From Isurus oxyrinchus (lineage: Eukaryota), in NCBI GenBank assembly GCA_026770705.1, contig JANJGN010000004.1, positions 143,158,001-143,222,000 on the forward strand: 64,000 nucleotides of DNA. Direction: 5' to 3'. The notes under the pieces were generated by a model. The model was not told the DNA's origin and ran no database searches. It saw only the letters and a list, made by a program, of their open reading frames with translations. Of this stretch, positions 63,400 to 64,000 are shown one piece after another; within the stretch, counting starts at the first letter, position 1; the number at the start of each line of letters is the position of its first letter. Both the position numbers and the translations under genes were made by a program.

Positions 63400-63722
63400 T
63401 CCTTTAGGAAGGATGTCGAGGTATTAGAGAGAGTGCAGAAACGATTCACAAGAATGGTTCCAGAGATGAGGAACTTCAGTTATGAAGGTAGATTTGAGAA
63501 GTTAGAACTGTTTTCCTTGGAATAAAGAAGGATGAGATGAGATTTGATAGAGATATTAAAAATCATGAGGGGTTTGGACAGAGTAGATAAAGAGGAACTG
63601 TTCCCACTCATGAAAGGATTGAGAACGAGATGGCACAGATTTAAAGGAATTGTCAAAAAAAGCAAAAGCTATATGAGAAAAAACTTTTTTATGCAGTGAG
63701 TGGTTAAGGTCTGGAATGCACG
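63400..63722 (+). mobile_element. CR1 3' RT fragment
   Basis: aggaaggatgt...agagagagtgcagaaacgattcacaagaatggttcca...ggtctggaatgca. Confidence 0.85.
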
Positions 63723-64000
63723 ATGTGTTTTACCTGCAGCTATAAAAATCAAAACAATCGATGTTTTTTCCCTAATGGTTATTTCACCACCAGCCCCAAA
63801 ATGGCGTACAAACATAAGTGCAACCAAGTTCACAAAGTTTATGTGGTGCATTGCAGTGTAAATAGTTCATCTGTCAATATGGATGGAAAAGTTTTGATTG
63901 ATCTGAGTTGTATTGTAGCATAGGCCTCACAACTCTAAACTCTTGAGTGATGCTGTATATTACGACCAGTAAAATGCAGACTCAATCGCTAAGCCATGGA

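Overview
This is vertebrate genomic DNA, almost certainly an elasmobranch (shark-like), judged from Deu-domain SINEs, CR1/HER1-like LINEs and Harbinger elements. The only host gene is the 3' half of TMEM161B on the + strand: six coding exons (5163-5223, 7144-7284, 25626-25739, 26849-27023, 27821-27917, 30219-30496) with GT-AG sites and consistent phases, followed by a probably long, TE-poor 3' UTR. The rest is mostly decayed transposable elements: two LINE families (CR1 and a second CR1/L2-group family), L2, a Penelope RT fragment, at least three SINE families, three PIF/Harbinger remnants (transposase and/or a spliced Myb/SANT gene), two solo LTRs and a Gypsy pol fragment. The most unusual items are (i) two ~200-230 bp Penelope-like hairpin insertions with 14-16 bp TSDs and a hammerhead-like core, (ii) an LTR-less Gypsy pol segment replacing ~340 bp of a CR1 ORF1 with microhomology at both junctions, and (iii) a multi-level nest of insertions at 42.5-57.2 kb. 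I found no intact novel protein-coding system. All family assignments come from recognised motifs, not database searches.
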